DNA of 64,000 nucleotides from Spirochaetia bacterium (GTDB taxonomy: Bacteria; Spirochaetota; Spirochaetia; UBA9216), in assembly GCA_965140585.1 (NCBI GenBank), contig OZ223264.1:640001-704000 (forward strand), given 5' to 3'. Numbering within the stretch: the first letter of the stretch is position 1; every line of letters begins with the position of its first letter. The translations under genes and the position numbers were made by a program. The notes below the pieces were generated by a model. It saw nothing but the letters and a program-made list of their open reading frames with translations, did not search any database and had not been told where the DNA came from. This document shows, piece after piece, positions 20,982 through 30,438 of this stretch.

Positions 20982-22049
20982 GTGAATGATTTTTTTCCTG
21001 AACACCGAGCAGAAATGATAAAGTGCCTCACCGATTATCTTAGAAATTTTCCCGGCGATACCGCTATTTGTTTTGAACATGATGATGTTCTTCAAACTCT
21101 ACTTGACTTCACCCTCAATGGAAAGATGATTCGCGGACGGCTGGTCAAGCTTGGATTTCGGCTGTTTGAAAAGCAGGATTCCTGCAACACGGTAATTGCC
21201 GGTTCTGCATTGGAACTGCTTCAGTCCGCGCTTTTGATCCATGATGATATCATGGATAACGACACTATGCGCCGGGGGCATTCCTCGATATACAGCAGAT
21301 ATGCAAAGATAATTGCCGGGGTATCAGCAGGAAAGGCGGTTGATTTTGAAGAAACCGGGAAATCTCTTGCTGTATGTGCAGGTGATATTGCCTTCTTTGC
21401 GGGAATGGATCTTCTCTCATCACTGTCTGTTTCTGCTGATATTTTAAAACAGTTAAGCTCGCTATTTTCGAGGGAGATGATCTACGTTGGCCTGGGCCAG
21501 ATGCAGGATGTAGCATCCGGCATAATACCGGGAATAATGAGCAGGGAGCAAATTTTAAATCTTTACCGTGTTAAAACCGGACGCTACACTTTTTCGCTTC
21601 CTCTTATGACTGGAGCAATCCTTGCCGGAGCAGATGAAAAGGCTGTTAAGCAGCTTTCTGAAATAGGTGAAATTCTTGGGATCATCTTTCAAATCAGGGA
21701 TGATGAACTTGGGCTTTTATCAAGCTCCGATGTTATCGGCAAGCCGGTAGGCAGTGATATAAGGCAGGGAAAGATTACCCTTTTCGTATCACTTTTCCTT
21801 GAGGCTGCCTCAGATGAAGACAAGGATTCTTTTTACCGTATTTTTGGCGGGGAAACCTTATCTTCCGGTGAAATTGACGAGGTCATCAGTCTTTTTAGAA
21901 AGTACAGTGTTATCGAGACCGTCAGGGAAGCTGCAGAAACGCATTCTGAAGAAACCGAGATGCTGATTCGTTCAATAGAAAATACTGATCCTGAAATGAT
22001 AGCGATACTCTCAGAAATTAATTCAGTCAATCTGCAGAGGGCAAAGTAA
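20982..22049 (+). CDS. crtE: Polyprenyl (geranylgeranyl-type) diphosphate synthase
   Basis: GTG 20982 after GAGGA; GKMIR, FARM HDDIMDNDTMRRG, GQMQD, KTGRYTF, FQIRDD, GKPVGSDIRQGK. Confidence 0.8.
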   Translation: MNDFFPEHRAEMIKCLTDYLRNFPGDTAICFEHDDVLQTLLDFTLNGKMIRGRLVKLGFRLFEKQDSCNTVIAGSALELLQSALLIHDDIMDNDTMRRGHSSIYSRYAKIIAGVSAGKAVDFEETGKSLAVCAGDIAFFAGMDLLSSLSVSADILKQLSSLFSREMIYVGLGQMQDVASGIIPGIMSREQILNLYRVKTGRYTFSLPLMTGAILAGADEKAVKQLSEIGEILGIIFQIRDDELGLLSSSDVIGKPVGSDIRQGKITLFVSLFLEAASDEDKDSFYRIFGGETLSSGEIDEVISLFRKYSVIETVREAAETHSEETEMLIRSIENTDPEMIAILSEINSVNLQRAK

Positions 22050-23524
22050 TGAAAAACTGCTCAATCATTGGCGGCGGAATAGGGGGGCTTACCTCCGCTA
22101 TCTATCTTGCAAAGTCCGGCTATGCGGTTGATCTCTTTGAGCAGGAAGACCTCTGCGGGGGAAAGGCTCTTGATCACAGGGGCGGCGGTTTCCGCTTTGA
22201 CGGAGGGCCTACACTGCTTACCATGCCCTTTGTCCTTGATCTTATTGCTGATGAGACCGGAATTCCGGTTGAACAGCGTCCAGAAATAAAACCGCTTGAG
22301 GAAACCTGCAGGTATTTCTATCCGGATAAGAGTGTTTTTCATGCATATACCGACAGGCATATGCTTTACGAAGAGATCTCAAGGAATATGACCGATTCTC
22401 CCCAGCAAATGGCTGAATATCTTTCTTATGTTAAACGAATCTATGATCTTTGTTCAGAGCTTTTTGTTTTCTCAAGTTTTCACGAGTTCGACGTTCTGAT
22501 GAGCAACCGTGATCTTATGAAGATGAATCAGCTGATTGAGATTGATCCGTTCAGAACCATGCATACAGCCAATAGATCCTTTTTCAAGGATAAGCGCCTT
22601 GTACAGTATGCCGACAGGTATGCCACTTACAGTGGAAGCAACCCATACCGTGTCCCCGGAACTCTTAACATCATCCATCATGTGGAGCAGCTCGGCGCAT
22701 CAGTTCCGTCGGAGGGGATTGCCGCCCTCCCGCAATTTCTTCAAAGGGCAGCGGTGAATGCCGGGGTAAGAATATATACCGGAATCGGTGTAAAGAAGAT
22801 TAATCTTGAACGCTCATCGGTTAAGTCATTGACCACTGACGCGGGTGAGGTCCCATGCCGAAGAATTATAAGCAATGTCGATGTCTCAATGACATATAAA
22901 AAACTGATGCCCGGTCATTATAATGCAGATCTTTTTAAATATGACATCACCCAGTCCTCGCTGTCGGCAATGGTTTTCTACTGGGGCATGAAGATCTGTC
23001 AGGACAAGCTTGCAGTGCATAATATTCTGTTTTCTGCCGATTACCGCAGGGAGTTCAGAAAACTCTTCGGAAGCAAAAGGTTTCCAGACGATCCAACGGT
23101 TTATATTTACATTTCTTCAGGGTATAAGGCTTCGGATGCTCCGGAGGGGCACGAAAACTGGTATGTTATGATAAATGCTCCCCGAATAGCCGGTCAATAC
23201 TGGGCGAAAGAGATTGAGCGCGCCCGTACTGCGGTTAAAAGACGAATTCTTGAAGAACTTGATATTGATGTTGATGAGCATCTTGTATATGAAGATGTCT
23301 TTACCCCTGAACAGATTGAAAAAAGAACCGGCAGTTATCAGGGCAGCCTTTACGGAATATCTTCAAATAACATGTTTGCAGCCTTTTTCCGCCAGGGAAA
23401 CCGCTCAAAGCGCTTCGGCGGACTGTACTTTTGCGGAGGCAGTGCTCATCCGGGAGCGGGAATGCCTCTTTCAATGCTTTCGGGGCGTACGGCTGCAGGG
23501 ATACTGAAGAGGCGGGATGGCTGA
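22049..23524 (+). CDS. Second CrtI-family FAD oxidoreductase (CrtD-like 3,4-desaturase or CrtP/CrtNb-like oxidase)
   Basis: IIGGGIGGL, GFRFDGGPTLLTMP, RYATYSGSNPY, DDPTVYI, GSLYG, LYFCGGSAHPGAGMPL. Confidence 0.8.
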   Translation: MKNCSIIGGGIGGLTSAIYLAKSGYAVDLFEQEDLCGGKALDHRGGGFRFDGGPTLLTMPFVLDLIADETGIPVEQRPEIKPLEETCRYFYPDKSVFHAYTDRHMLYEEISRNMTDSPQQMAEYLSYVKRIYDLCSELFVFSSFHEFDVLMSNRDLMKMNQLIEIDPFRTMHTANRSFFKDKRLVQYADRYATYSGSNPYRVPGTLNIIHHVEQLGASVPSEGIAALPQFLQRAAVNAGVRIYTGIGVKKINLERSSVKSLTTDAGEVPCRRIISNVDVSMTYKKLMPGHYNADLFKYDITQSSLSAMVFYWGMKICQDKLAVHNILFSADYRREFRKLFGSKRFPDDPTVYIYISSGYKASDAPEGHENWYVMINAPRIAGQYWAKEIERARTAVKRRILEELDIDVDEHLVYEDVFTPEQIEKRTGSYQGSLYGISSNNMFAAFFRQGNRSKRFGGLYFCGGSAHPGAGMPLSMLSGRTAAGILKRRDG

Positions 23525-24219
23525 TGATTAAAACCATGCATACACAGTGGGCAAGGGCTGTGTTCACTCCGGTTATAGAAGGGCTGCTCAGGACCAGTTT
23601 CAGCTCTTTTTATTCAACGGCCAGTGTGCCCGAAATTGATCCTGCTTCAGGGCTCCTTATACTGCCTAACCATTTCAGCTGGTGGGACGGCTTTTTCATG
23701 TACCATCTTCTCTTTCCCATGAGCAACAGGAAGGTGCATCTGATGATGCTTGAAAGGCAGCTGCGTCGATACTGGTATTTCAGGCATATCGGCGCGTTCT
23801 CTATAAACCCGGGGGCTGCGGCCTCTGTTATTGAATCTCTGGAATATACAGCCGGGATTTTGAATGATTCTTCAAGGCTTGCGATTATTTATCCTCAGGG
23901 AGAAATCCAGTCGCAGTTCAGCCGCAGTATAAAGCTTTATCCCGGTTTCGCATCTGCACTGAAAAAAACAGAAAAGCCTGTAACTGTTCTTCCTGTTTTT
24001 TTTGCCGTGGACTGGTTTGAGCATAAAAAACCGGAGATTTGGTTCAGATACGGTACTCCGTTCAGTAAGGAAGAGGTTCTGGGTGATTTATCCGGATTTT
24101 TCAGAACCTTTAATCGGGGATTCACTGAGCTGAAAAACAGCATCATCTCACGTGATTTTATGACCGATTGCTTTAGAGAAAGAGACCGAAAGCTTTGGTC
24201 TATTAATGCTCAGAATTAA
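23524..24219 (+). CDS. PlsC-superfamily acyltransferase (CruD-like carotenoid-glycoside acyltransferase)
   Basis: ATG overlaps the upstream TGA; [10 protein letters not shown] (HX4D), GAFSI, IYPQG. Confidence 0.75.
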   Translation: MIKTMHTQWARAVFTPVIEGLLRTSFSSFYSTASVPEIDPASGLLILPNHFSWWDGFFMYHLLFPMSNRKVHLMMLERQLRRYWYFRHIGAFSINPGAAASVIESLEYTAGILNDSSRLAIIYPQGEIQSQFSRSIKLYPGFASALKKTEKPVTVLPVFFAVDWFEHKKPEIWFRYGTPFSKEEVLGDLSGFFRTFNRGFTELKNSIISRDFMTDCFRERDRKLWSINAQN

Positions 24220-25978
24220 GGATGGTAGAAATTTACTGATGAATCATGAAGTTATAACAGCAGATGTTCTAATCATCGGAGCAGGTCTGGCCGGCTGCAG
24301 CGCCGCAGCTGAGTGTGCTGCAGCAGGACTGCAGACAATTGTTTTAAGCAAGCTTCATCCTCTTAGAAGTCATTCAGGTGCTGCCCAGGGCGGGATAAAT
24401 GCTGCTCTGTATGAAGAGTCAACAGCCGGGCATCAGGCTGATACCGTAAGAGGCAGTGATTATCTTGCGGATCAGGATGCCGTTGAAATACTGTGCAATG
24501 AAGCTCTAACTGAAGTAAGGCGTCTTGAGGCCTGCGGGGCAGTTTTTTCCAGAACCCCTGAAGGGCGGATCTCTCAGCGTCCATTCGGTGGTCAGGGAAA
24601 GAGCCGAACCTGCTATGCCAAGGACAGAACCGGCCTTGTCTGCCTGCAGACTGTCTATGAGCAGGCTTTAAAAGCCAGAGTCGGCTTTTATGATGAGTGG
24701 TACGTAACAGATCTTGTTTATGATAAGGCCGAAAAGAAGGCTTACGGCGTGGTAGCTTACAATCTTAGAACTACAAAGCCTGTAGTTTTTCTCGCCGGGG
24801 CTGTCCTTTTTGCCACCGGCGGCTACGGTAGGGCATTCAGACGCAATTCGAATGCCCATGCAAATACGGGAGATGCACTTTCAATCTTTTTGAGAAACGG
24901 GCTTCCCCTTGAGGATATGGAATTTGTTCAGTTTCATCCTACCGGACTTTCCGATTCAGGAATTCTTATCTCGGAGGCTGCCCGCGGCGAGGGCGGGTAT
25001 CTTTTAAACAGCCAGGGTGAAAGATTCATGAAATTATATGCACCCGGAAGACTGGAACTTGCGCCGCGGGACGTAGTCAGCCGGGCTGTAGAAACTGAAA
25101 TAATTGAAGGTCGGGGGACAGGCCCTGGGAAGGATTCAATCCATCTTGATTTGAGTCATCTTGGTGCTGCAGAAGTTCAAAGGCTTCTGCCTGAACTCAG
25201 AGACCTTGCCCTCTGTTTTCAGAATGAAGATCTCGGAACCGTTCCAGTTCGAATAGCTCCTACAGCCCATTACAGCATGGGCGGAATTCCCGTTGATACA
25301 GACTGCAGGGTTTTCTCCGGAGTTACTCAAAAGACTGCAGGGCTGTATGCCGCAGGAGAATGCGCCTGTGTCAGCGTTCACGGCGCCAACAGGCTCGGAG
25401 GGAATTCACTGCTTGAGGCTGTTGTTTACGGTAGGCGTGCCGGCCGAACTATTTCCGCTGATTTTAAAAATCTGAAGATTTCGTCACTTATCGGAGAACA
25501 AAGCAAGGCTCTTGCCTCATCGATTCTTGAAAAAACATATTCAGAACTTTCCGCCTTTGAGAATGCCTCCGGCACCCGAAGCTTGGCAGAAGTCCGAAGA
25601 AGGCTTCAGTCCGCAATGACTGATAATGCCGGAATATTCAGAACAGAAGACGGGCTAAGAACTCAGAAAGGCATTATTTCGCAGCTTAAAAAGGACTATG
25701 CCGATATAAGGCTTACTGACCGCTCTTCCTGTTTCAATACAGAACTGGAAGAACTTCTTGAGCTTGGTCATATGCTCGATTACTCGGCAGCAATAGTTGC
25801 CGGAGCGCTTGAACGAAAGGAAAGCAGGGGCGCCCATTGCAGGACTGATTACGCTGAACGTGATGATGAGAACTGGCTGAAGCATACCTTTACTTCATTT
25901 ACTACCGGTGATGATATTTCTATCGATTACAAGCCGGTGAGTATAAGGAGTATTATTCCACAGAAGAGGGATTATTAG
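24206..25978 (+). CDS. sdhA: Succinate dehydrogenase/fumarate reductase flavoprotein subunit
   Basis: [18 protein letters not shown] (covalent-FAD His), [42 protein letters not shown]; no Tat signal; alternative start 24239. Confidence 0.9.
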   Translation: MLRIKDGRNLLMNHEVITADVLIIGAGLAGCSAAAECAAAGLQTIVLSKLHPLRSHSGAAQGGINAALYEESTAGHQADTVRGSDYLADQDAVEILCNEALTEVRRLEACGAVFSRTPEGRISQRPFGGQGKSRTCYAKDRTGLVCLQTVYEQALKARVGFYDEWYVTDLVYDKAEKKAYGVVAYNLRTTKPVVFLAGAVLFATGGYGRAFRRNSNAHANTGDALSIFLRNGLPLEDMEFVQFHPTGLSDSGILISEAARGEGGYLLNSQGERFMKLYAPGRLELAPRDVVSRAVETEIIEGRGTGPGKDSIHLDLSHLGAAEVQRLLPELRDLALCFQNEDLGTVPVRIAPTAHYSMGGIPVDTDCRVFSGVTQKTAGLYAAGECACVSVHGANRLGGNSLLEAVVYGRRAGRTISADFKNLKISSLIGEQSKALASSILEKTYSELSAFENASGTRSLAEVRRRLQSAMTDNAGIFRTEDGLRTQKGIISQLKKDYADIRLTDRSSCFNTELEELLELGHMLDYSAAIVAGALERKESRGAHCRTDYAERDDENWLKHTFTSFTTGDDISIDYKPVSIRSIIPQKRDY

Positions 25979-25985
25979 ACTTATT

Positions 25986-26945
25986 ATGGATGAAGATAGA
26001 GAAGTAAATTTTAAAATATACAGATTTAACCCTGATTCAGGAGTTCTTCCCCGGTTTGACAGCTATATCCTCGAATGCGGGGAGAGTGAGCAGGTTCTTG
26101 ATATTCTTATCCGAATCAAGGAAGACCATGATCCGGGCTTATCTTTCCGGCGTTCGTGTCGCCACGGTATCTGCGGTTCCTGCGCAGTCAGGGTTAATGG
26201 AAAGCCGGTTCTTGCATGCAAAACTCCAGTATCCGGGCTTGTCGCCGATTTTGGAACCGAACTCAGCGTTACTCCTCTGATTTATGATCGGGTTCTTAAG
26301 GATCTTATTATTGACAGAGATGATTACTGGCAGAAGATGCAGGAGGTTAAGCCCTATACCGTGACAATCGATAAATTTCAGCCGGAATCTGATGAACTGC
26401 TTATCAAGCCTGAACTGAATGACGGAATTGCTGATGCAGATTACTGTATCCAGTGCTCTTCATGTTATTATGTATGTCCCGTACTGAAAATATCGCCGTC
26501 CTTTCTTGGGCCTGCAGCCTTTGTTAAGGCTGCAAGATTCACTGCGGATGTTCGTGATTATTCATCAGACAGGCTTGCAATTGTTAATCAAAACAAAACC
26601 GGTGTCTGGGACTGTGTTAAATGCCTGAAATGTACAGAAAGCTGTCCGAAGGGGATAGATCCTTTCAGGCTGATTACAAGGCTAAGGCAGGGGGGGATAT
26701 CAGCAGGAGCGGTGAAAGACCCTGTTCATACAAGACATGTTACCGGTTTCCGGACTGCAATACGTCATGTCGGTACTATAAATGAACTTCTTCTTGCATT
26801 TTTTACTCTGCGTTTCGGCCTTATTAGAATGATTCCGCGCGGAATACTAATGGTCTTGAAGCGAAAACTTCATCTTAACCCTCTTTCTCCGAAAAGCCGC
26901 AATATTGATGAGGTTCGGAAATATTTTAAGGATAAAAGAAAATGA
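25986..26945 (+). CDS. sdhB: SDH/FRD iron-sulfur subunit (type E, extended C-terminus)
   Basis: SCRHGICGSC..C [2Fe-2S]; CIQCSSCYYVCP; CVKCLKCTESCP (four Cys, second [4Fe-4S], as in type E enzymes). Confidence 0.9.
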   Translation: MDEDREVNFKIYRFNPDSGVLPRFDSYILECGESEQVLDILIRIKEDHDPGLSFRRSCRHGICGSCAVRVNGKPVLACKTPVSGLVADFGTELSVTPLIYDRVLKDLIIDRDDYWQKMQEVKPYTVTIDKFQPESDELLIKPELNDGIADADYCIQCSSCYYVCPVLKISPSFLGPAAFVKAARFTADVRDYSSDRLAIVNQNKTGVWDCVKCLKCTESCPKGIDPFRLITRLRQGGISAGAVKDPVHTRHVTGFRTAIRHVGTINELLLAFFTLRFGLIRMIPRGILMVLKRKLHLNPLSPKSRNIDEVRKYFKDKRK

Positions 26946-27910
26946 CATTTGCTTTATATACAGGCTGTACGCCCAAGGTTGCCGAGCCTGAGCTTCTTAA
27001 ATCAGCATACGCGCTGGCAGAGCATCTGGGCTGGGACTTTATAGAGAAAAGGGAATTTACCTGCTGCGGCGGATCTCATCTTCAGGATGCGGATGATGAT
27101 GAAACAATGTTTATTAACCTGCGCAACCTTGCTTATGCTGAACAGGACGGCCTTGATGTTGTAACATTGTGCAACACCTGCCAGTTTGTTATATCTGATT
27201 TCAGACAGAGGGCTCTATCATCCCCTGAGAAAATGGATGAAATTAATAAAAGCCTTGGCAGGCACAACCTCAGTTTCAGTGGAAAAAGCAGGGTTATACA
27301 CTTTCTCTATGCACTGATCGAGACCCTCGGTTATGAGGGGATTGCCTCAAGGGTTGTTAAGCCGCTGACCGGGTTAAAAGTCGCATCTTTTTACGGATGC
27401 CACAATATCAGGCCTTCCGGACTTCAGACTGATGTCAACCTTGGTGAGAATTCATGGAAACCGCGTTCTCTGGACAGGCTTGTCGAAGCACTTGGCGGCG
27501 AGCCTGTATATTTCCCGGAGGCTGACAGCTGCTGCGGTTTTCATACTTCACTTTACTCAGGACGCATCTCGGGTAAATTAAGCGGTCTTATCCTTAAACA
27601 GGCCTTTGAAATGGGGGCCGATGTGATGATTACTCCCTGTCCGCTCTGTCATACCAATCTTGACGCAGCGCAGTATGAAGCCAGAAGGGAAGTAGGGCTT
27701 GGTTTTGGCTTCCCGCTGCCGATTCCCCGTTTTATCAGGAGTTCCGAGTTTACACCCGGGTTTATTAAAGAAGATTTTGATCTTCCTATTCTTCATTTTG
27801 AACAGCTTATTGGTTTGAGCTGGGGGCTTGACCGACGGCAGCTCGGTATGAACCATAATATTATTTCCTGGAGGAAAAACAGGCGTCTCAGGAATCTTGT
27901 AAATGGGTAA
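26942..27910 (+). CDS. CCG-domain (HdrB-like) anchor subunit of type E SDH/FRD (SdhE/MfrE-like)
   Basis: YTGC, TCCGG, TLCNTC, FYGCH, SCCGFH, TPCPLCHTNLD, LPILHFEQLIGL. Confidence 0.85.
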   Translation: MTFALYTGCTPKVAEPELLKSAYALAEHLGWDFIEKREFTCCGGSHLQDADDDETMFINLRNLAYAEQDGLDVVTLCNTCQFVISDFRQRALSSPEKMDEINKSLGRHNLSFSGKSRVIHFLYALIETLGYEGIASRVVKPLTGLKVASFYGCHNIRPSGLQTDVNLGENSWKPRSLDRLVEALGGEPVYFPEADSCCGFHTSLYSGRISGKLSGLILKQAFEMGADVMITPCPLCHTNLDAAQYEARREVGLGFGFPLPIPRFIRSSEFTPGFIKEDFDLPILHFEQLIGLSWGLDRRQLGMNHNIISWRKNRRLRNLVNG

Positions 27911-27918
27911 TTCAGTAA

Positions 27919-28878
27919 ATGGATGGCGTTGTTTTTAAAAGGATAAAAATAAATCCGGGCAGGATGATAAAAAGTATACCCGGCTTGTTGGAAAAACTCC
28001 CGACAGCCTATTCCGCTCTTAGGCCGAAAACCCTTGCTGTAGGCTTTTCACCTGTTATGGCATCTCTTTCTCTTAGCCGTTTTATAAACGGAAAACTGAA
28101 TATATCTTTAGCGATAGTCACTGTACTATGTGTTATATTTCTCCAGGCCGCTGCTAATCTAATGAATGATTATATGGATTATCTTAAAGGCAGCGATACA
28201 AAGGCCCGGCTCGGCCCCCTTCGATATACACAGTCCGGGCTATTATCTGTTGAAGAAATACAGCTTCTTATTATTGCTACAGCATTAATTTCTGGTCTTT
28301 CCGGCTTATACCTTGTTTTAAACGGCGGAGGTCTGCCTATAATTTTTGCTGGACTATTTTCAGTTTTCGGAACGCTTGCCTATTCAGCCTTTCGGCGGCC
28401 CTTCGGGTTTACCGGAGGCGGAGAACTTGCCGCTCTTATTTATTACGGGCCGCTTGCATCTACAGGAACTGCCTACCTTCAGTCCGGAGTGACAGACCCT
28501 TTATTTCTTATTCCGGGCTTTTCTTTCGGGATATATTCACTGGCTCTACTTACTGTAAATAATTATCGCGACAGTATTGAGGATGAGTCAACGGGTAAAA
28601 TTACCCTCGCGGTTCTGTTCGGAAGAAGACTCTCTGTAGTAATGTATTTTTCTGTAGTATTTGCTCCGATTATCAGTCTTCTCTTGTTCGCTGCGATCCC
28701 TGGACTTTCAGGATGGTTTCTGCTACCCCTGTTAACCCTGATTCCCGGAATCTTTTCCTTCAGGGGCTTTACCCGATCCGGAATCAGTCGGGACCTGAAC
28801 CGCTATCTTGGTATTACCGGATTATTATCATTTCTGCATGCAGTGCTTTACACTGCTGCAGTTTTTCTTTCGCTGTAG
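27919..28878 (+). CDS. menA: 1,4-dihydroxy-2-naphthoate polyprenyltransferase
   Basis: LRPKTL, NLMNDYMDYLKGSD..RLGPLR..QSG, VNNYRD.IED..TGKITLAV. Confidence 0.85.
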   Translation: MDGVVFKRIKINPGRMIKSIPGLLEKLPTAYSALRPKTLAVGFSPVMASLSLSRFINGKLNISLAIVTVLCVIFLQAAANLMNDYMDYLKGSDTKARLGPLRYTQSGLLSVEEIQLLIIATALISGLSGLYLVLNGGGLPIIFAGLFSVFGTLAYSAFRRPFGFTGGGELAALIYYGPLASTGTAYLQSGVTDPLFLIPGFSFGIYSLALLTVNNYRDSIEDESTGKITLAVLFGRRLSVVMYFSVVFAPIISLLLFAAIPGLSGWFLLPLLTLIPGIFSFRGFTRSGISRDLNRYLGITGLLSFLHAVLYTAAVFLSL

Positions 28879-28886
28879 CTGGAAAT

Positions 28887-29657
28887 TTAAAGAGCTGAAA
28901 GCAGGAAGGCGCCTGTCCCGGCAATGCTTACAGAAAGCAGGTTTACCATGTCATTGGTCATCCACTGGAAACCGGCGACCCTGACGTTTTTATATGAGTG
29001 TTCGGTTATGTATCCCTGTTCACTGTCGATGTATTTAGCCTGAAGGGATGCTCCAAGCAGGCTGTCCGACAGTGAGCCCATGTTACCTCCGATAAATACG
29101 AAAAGAGCCTGAAGTATTCCGATTTGAGGGGCCGACAGAGCTATCAGAGCGCTGAATAATGCTCCAGCTGCAGAAGCGGAGGTTCCCAGCAGCGTAATTC
29201 CTCCGGAGACTCCGGCATCAACATGTCTGAAAGTAAGAAGAGAAATCGGTTTCTTTTTCGATAGAACGCCAATCTCACTTGCCCATGTATCGGCTGTTGC
29301 TGCTGCCAGACTTGCATATGATGCAGTAAGCCAGAAACTTTTTCCTGAAATATAGTGTATAATTACAAAGACTGCTGCAGGAAGACCGTTGGCTGCTACC
29401 TGGAGCCAGTCCCGTGTACCGCTTTTATGTATTATTCTTTCAATGTCAGGACGGTAACGTCTTTCAAGCCGCCCAATAATGGTGCTGCTCATAAAGAAAA
29501 AGACCAGTACCAGCCAAAGTACAATCCCGCCAAAAAAATAGAGTGAAAGCCCTATTGCCAAACCTAATAACGCCCCTGTACCGGTTACTGATTTCTTGAT
29601 CCACGCGCCTGCTGCCAGCAGCAGGTTCAATACTATTCCCGTAATTAAAAAAATCAT
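28887..29657 (-). CDS. DUF92/TMEM19 membrane protein (VTE6-like prenyl-phosphate kinase family)
   Basis: GTRDWLQVAANG, AAATADTWASEIG, GVSGGITLLG, DSLLGASLQ, NDMVNL. Confidence 0.85.
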   Translation of the reverse strand: MIFLITGIVLNLLLAAGAWIKKSVTGTGALLGLAIGLSLYFFGGIVLWLVLVFFFMSSTIIGRLERRYRPDIERIIHKSGTRDWLQVAANGLPAAVFVIIHYISGKSFWLTASYASLAAATADTWASEIGVLSKKKPISLLTFRHVDAGVSGGITLLGTSASAAGALFSALIALSAPQIGILQALFVFIGGNMGSLSDSLLGASLQAKYIDSEQGYITEHSYKNVRVAGFQWMTNDMVNLLSVSIAGTGAFLLSAL

Positions 29658-29659
29658 TT

Positions 29660-30313
29660 TTAAAATACCAGTTTATCCATTAATATGGTTACCACAACCG
29701 GAACAGTTATATTATCCAGGCCGAATGGAGTGACAAGTTCTATGACCGCGGCAGCCAGGCTGATACCTATTGCTGCGAACCATACAGGCTCATATCCTGC
29801 CGCTGACATGTAAATAATTACAACAGCATATGAAAAAATAAACATTGAAAAGCTGCCTGATAAAGATTTTTCATTTTTGAAAATTTTAATAGGCCCTCTA
29901 TGCCATTTTTCACCAATGATACTTGCCATTCCATCACCCCATCCCAAAACAAGAACTCCGCAGCCGGCTGCTGTCATGTTGAAATCCAAAAGGTATACAG
30001 CAAGGAGCAGAAGGACAAGCGAGATTGGGAAATATACAGTGCCGTAGTTGTTTCCATCTGCTGAATTCATTCCGGGAACCAGATCAAATCGGGCAATAAA
30101 GAAATTAATGATGATAAAGCTTACAGGCCCAATAAGTGCCCAGCCAAGGCTGTCAATCATCAGTGATGCAATTATCCACCAGAAGGAGACTCCTATGTGA
30201 ATGACTTTTCGAGCAAGGCTGTCTGATATTAACTTTTTGCCTGATAAAAGTTTTGCGATAAATATTATCAGAAAAATAGATAAATAAGAAATTATCACTC
30301 CAAGCAGGTTCAT
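29660..30313 (-). CDS. CTP-dependent phytol/dolichol kinase family protein (VTE5-like)
   Basis: RKVIHI, YGTVYFPIS, LGWGDGMASIIG, KSLSGS, GLDNITVP. Confidence 0.85.
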   Translation of the reverse strand: MNLLGVIISYLSIFLIIFIAKLLSGKKLISDSLARKVIHIGVSFWWIIASLMIDSLGWALIGPVSFIIINFFIARFDLVPGMNSADGNNYGTVYFPISLVLLLLAVYLLDFNMTAAGCGVLVLGWGDGMASIIGEKWHRGPIKIFKNEKSLSGSFSMFIFSYAVVIIYMSAAGYEPVWFAAIGISLAAAVIELVTPFGLDNITVPVVVTILMDKLVF

Positions 30314-30375
30314 TTATAACTCCACATTTATTCTTTAATCATTATATATAGTAAATCTTATAAAATCTATCAAAT

Positions 30376-30411
30376 AAAAAAGGCTGGCTGAGAAATTTCC
30401 TCAGCCGGCCT
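30376..30411 (-). terminator. Rho-independent terminator of the first PlsAR-like gene
   Basis: AGGCTGGCTGAG-aaatttc-CTCAGCCGGCCT preceded by an A-tract (U-tract on the minus strand). Confidence 0.75.
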
Positions 30412-30438
30412 GTAAAGTTATGATATGGCAAGGTAGTG

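Noticed and set aside
26942-27910. Heterodisulfide reductase
   Set aside because: No hdrA or hdrC nearby; the CCG protein overlaps sdhB and fits a type E SDH/FRD anchor
27919-28878. UbiA-family gene as a lycopene elongase (CrtEb/LyeJ) for C50 carotenoids
   Set aside because: RPKTL, NDY.D..KG.D..R.GP.R and NNYRD...D...GK.TL are MenA-type motifs
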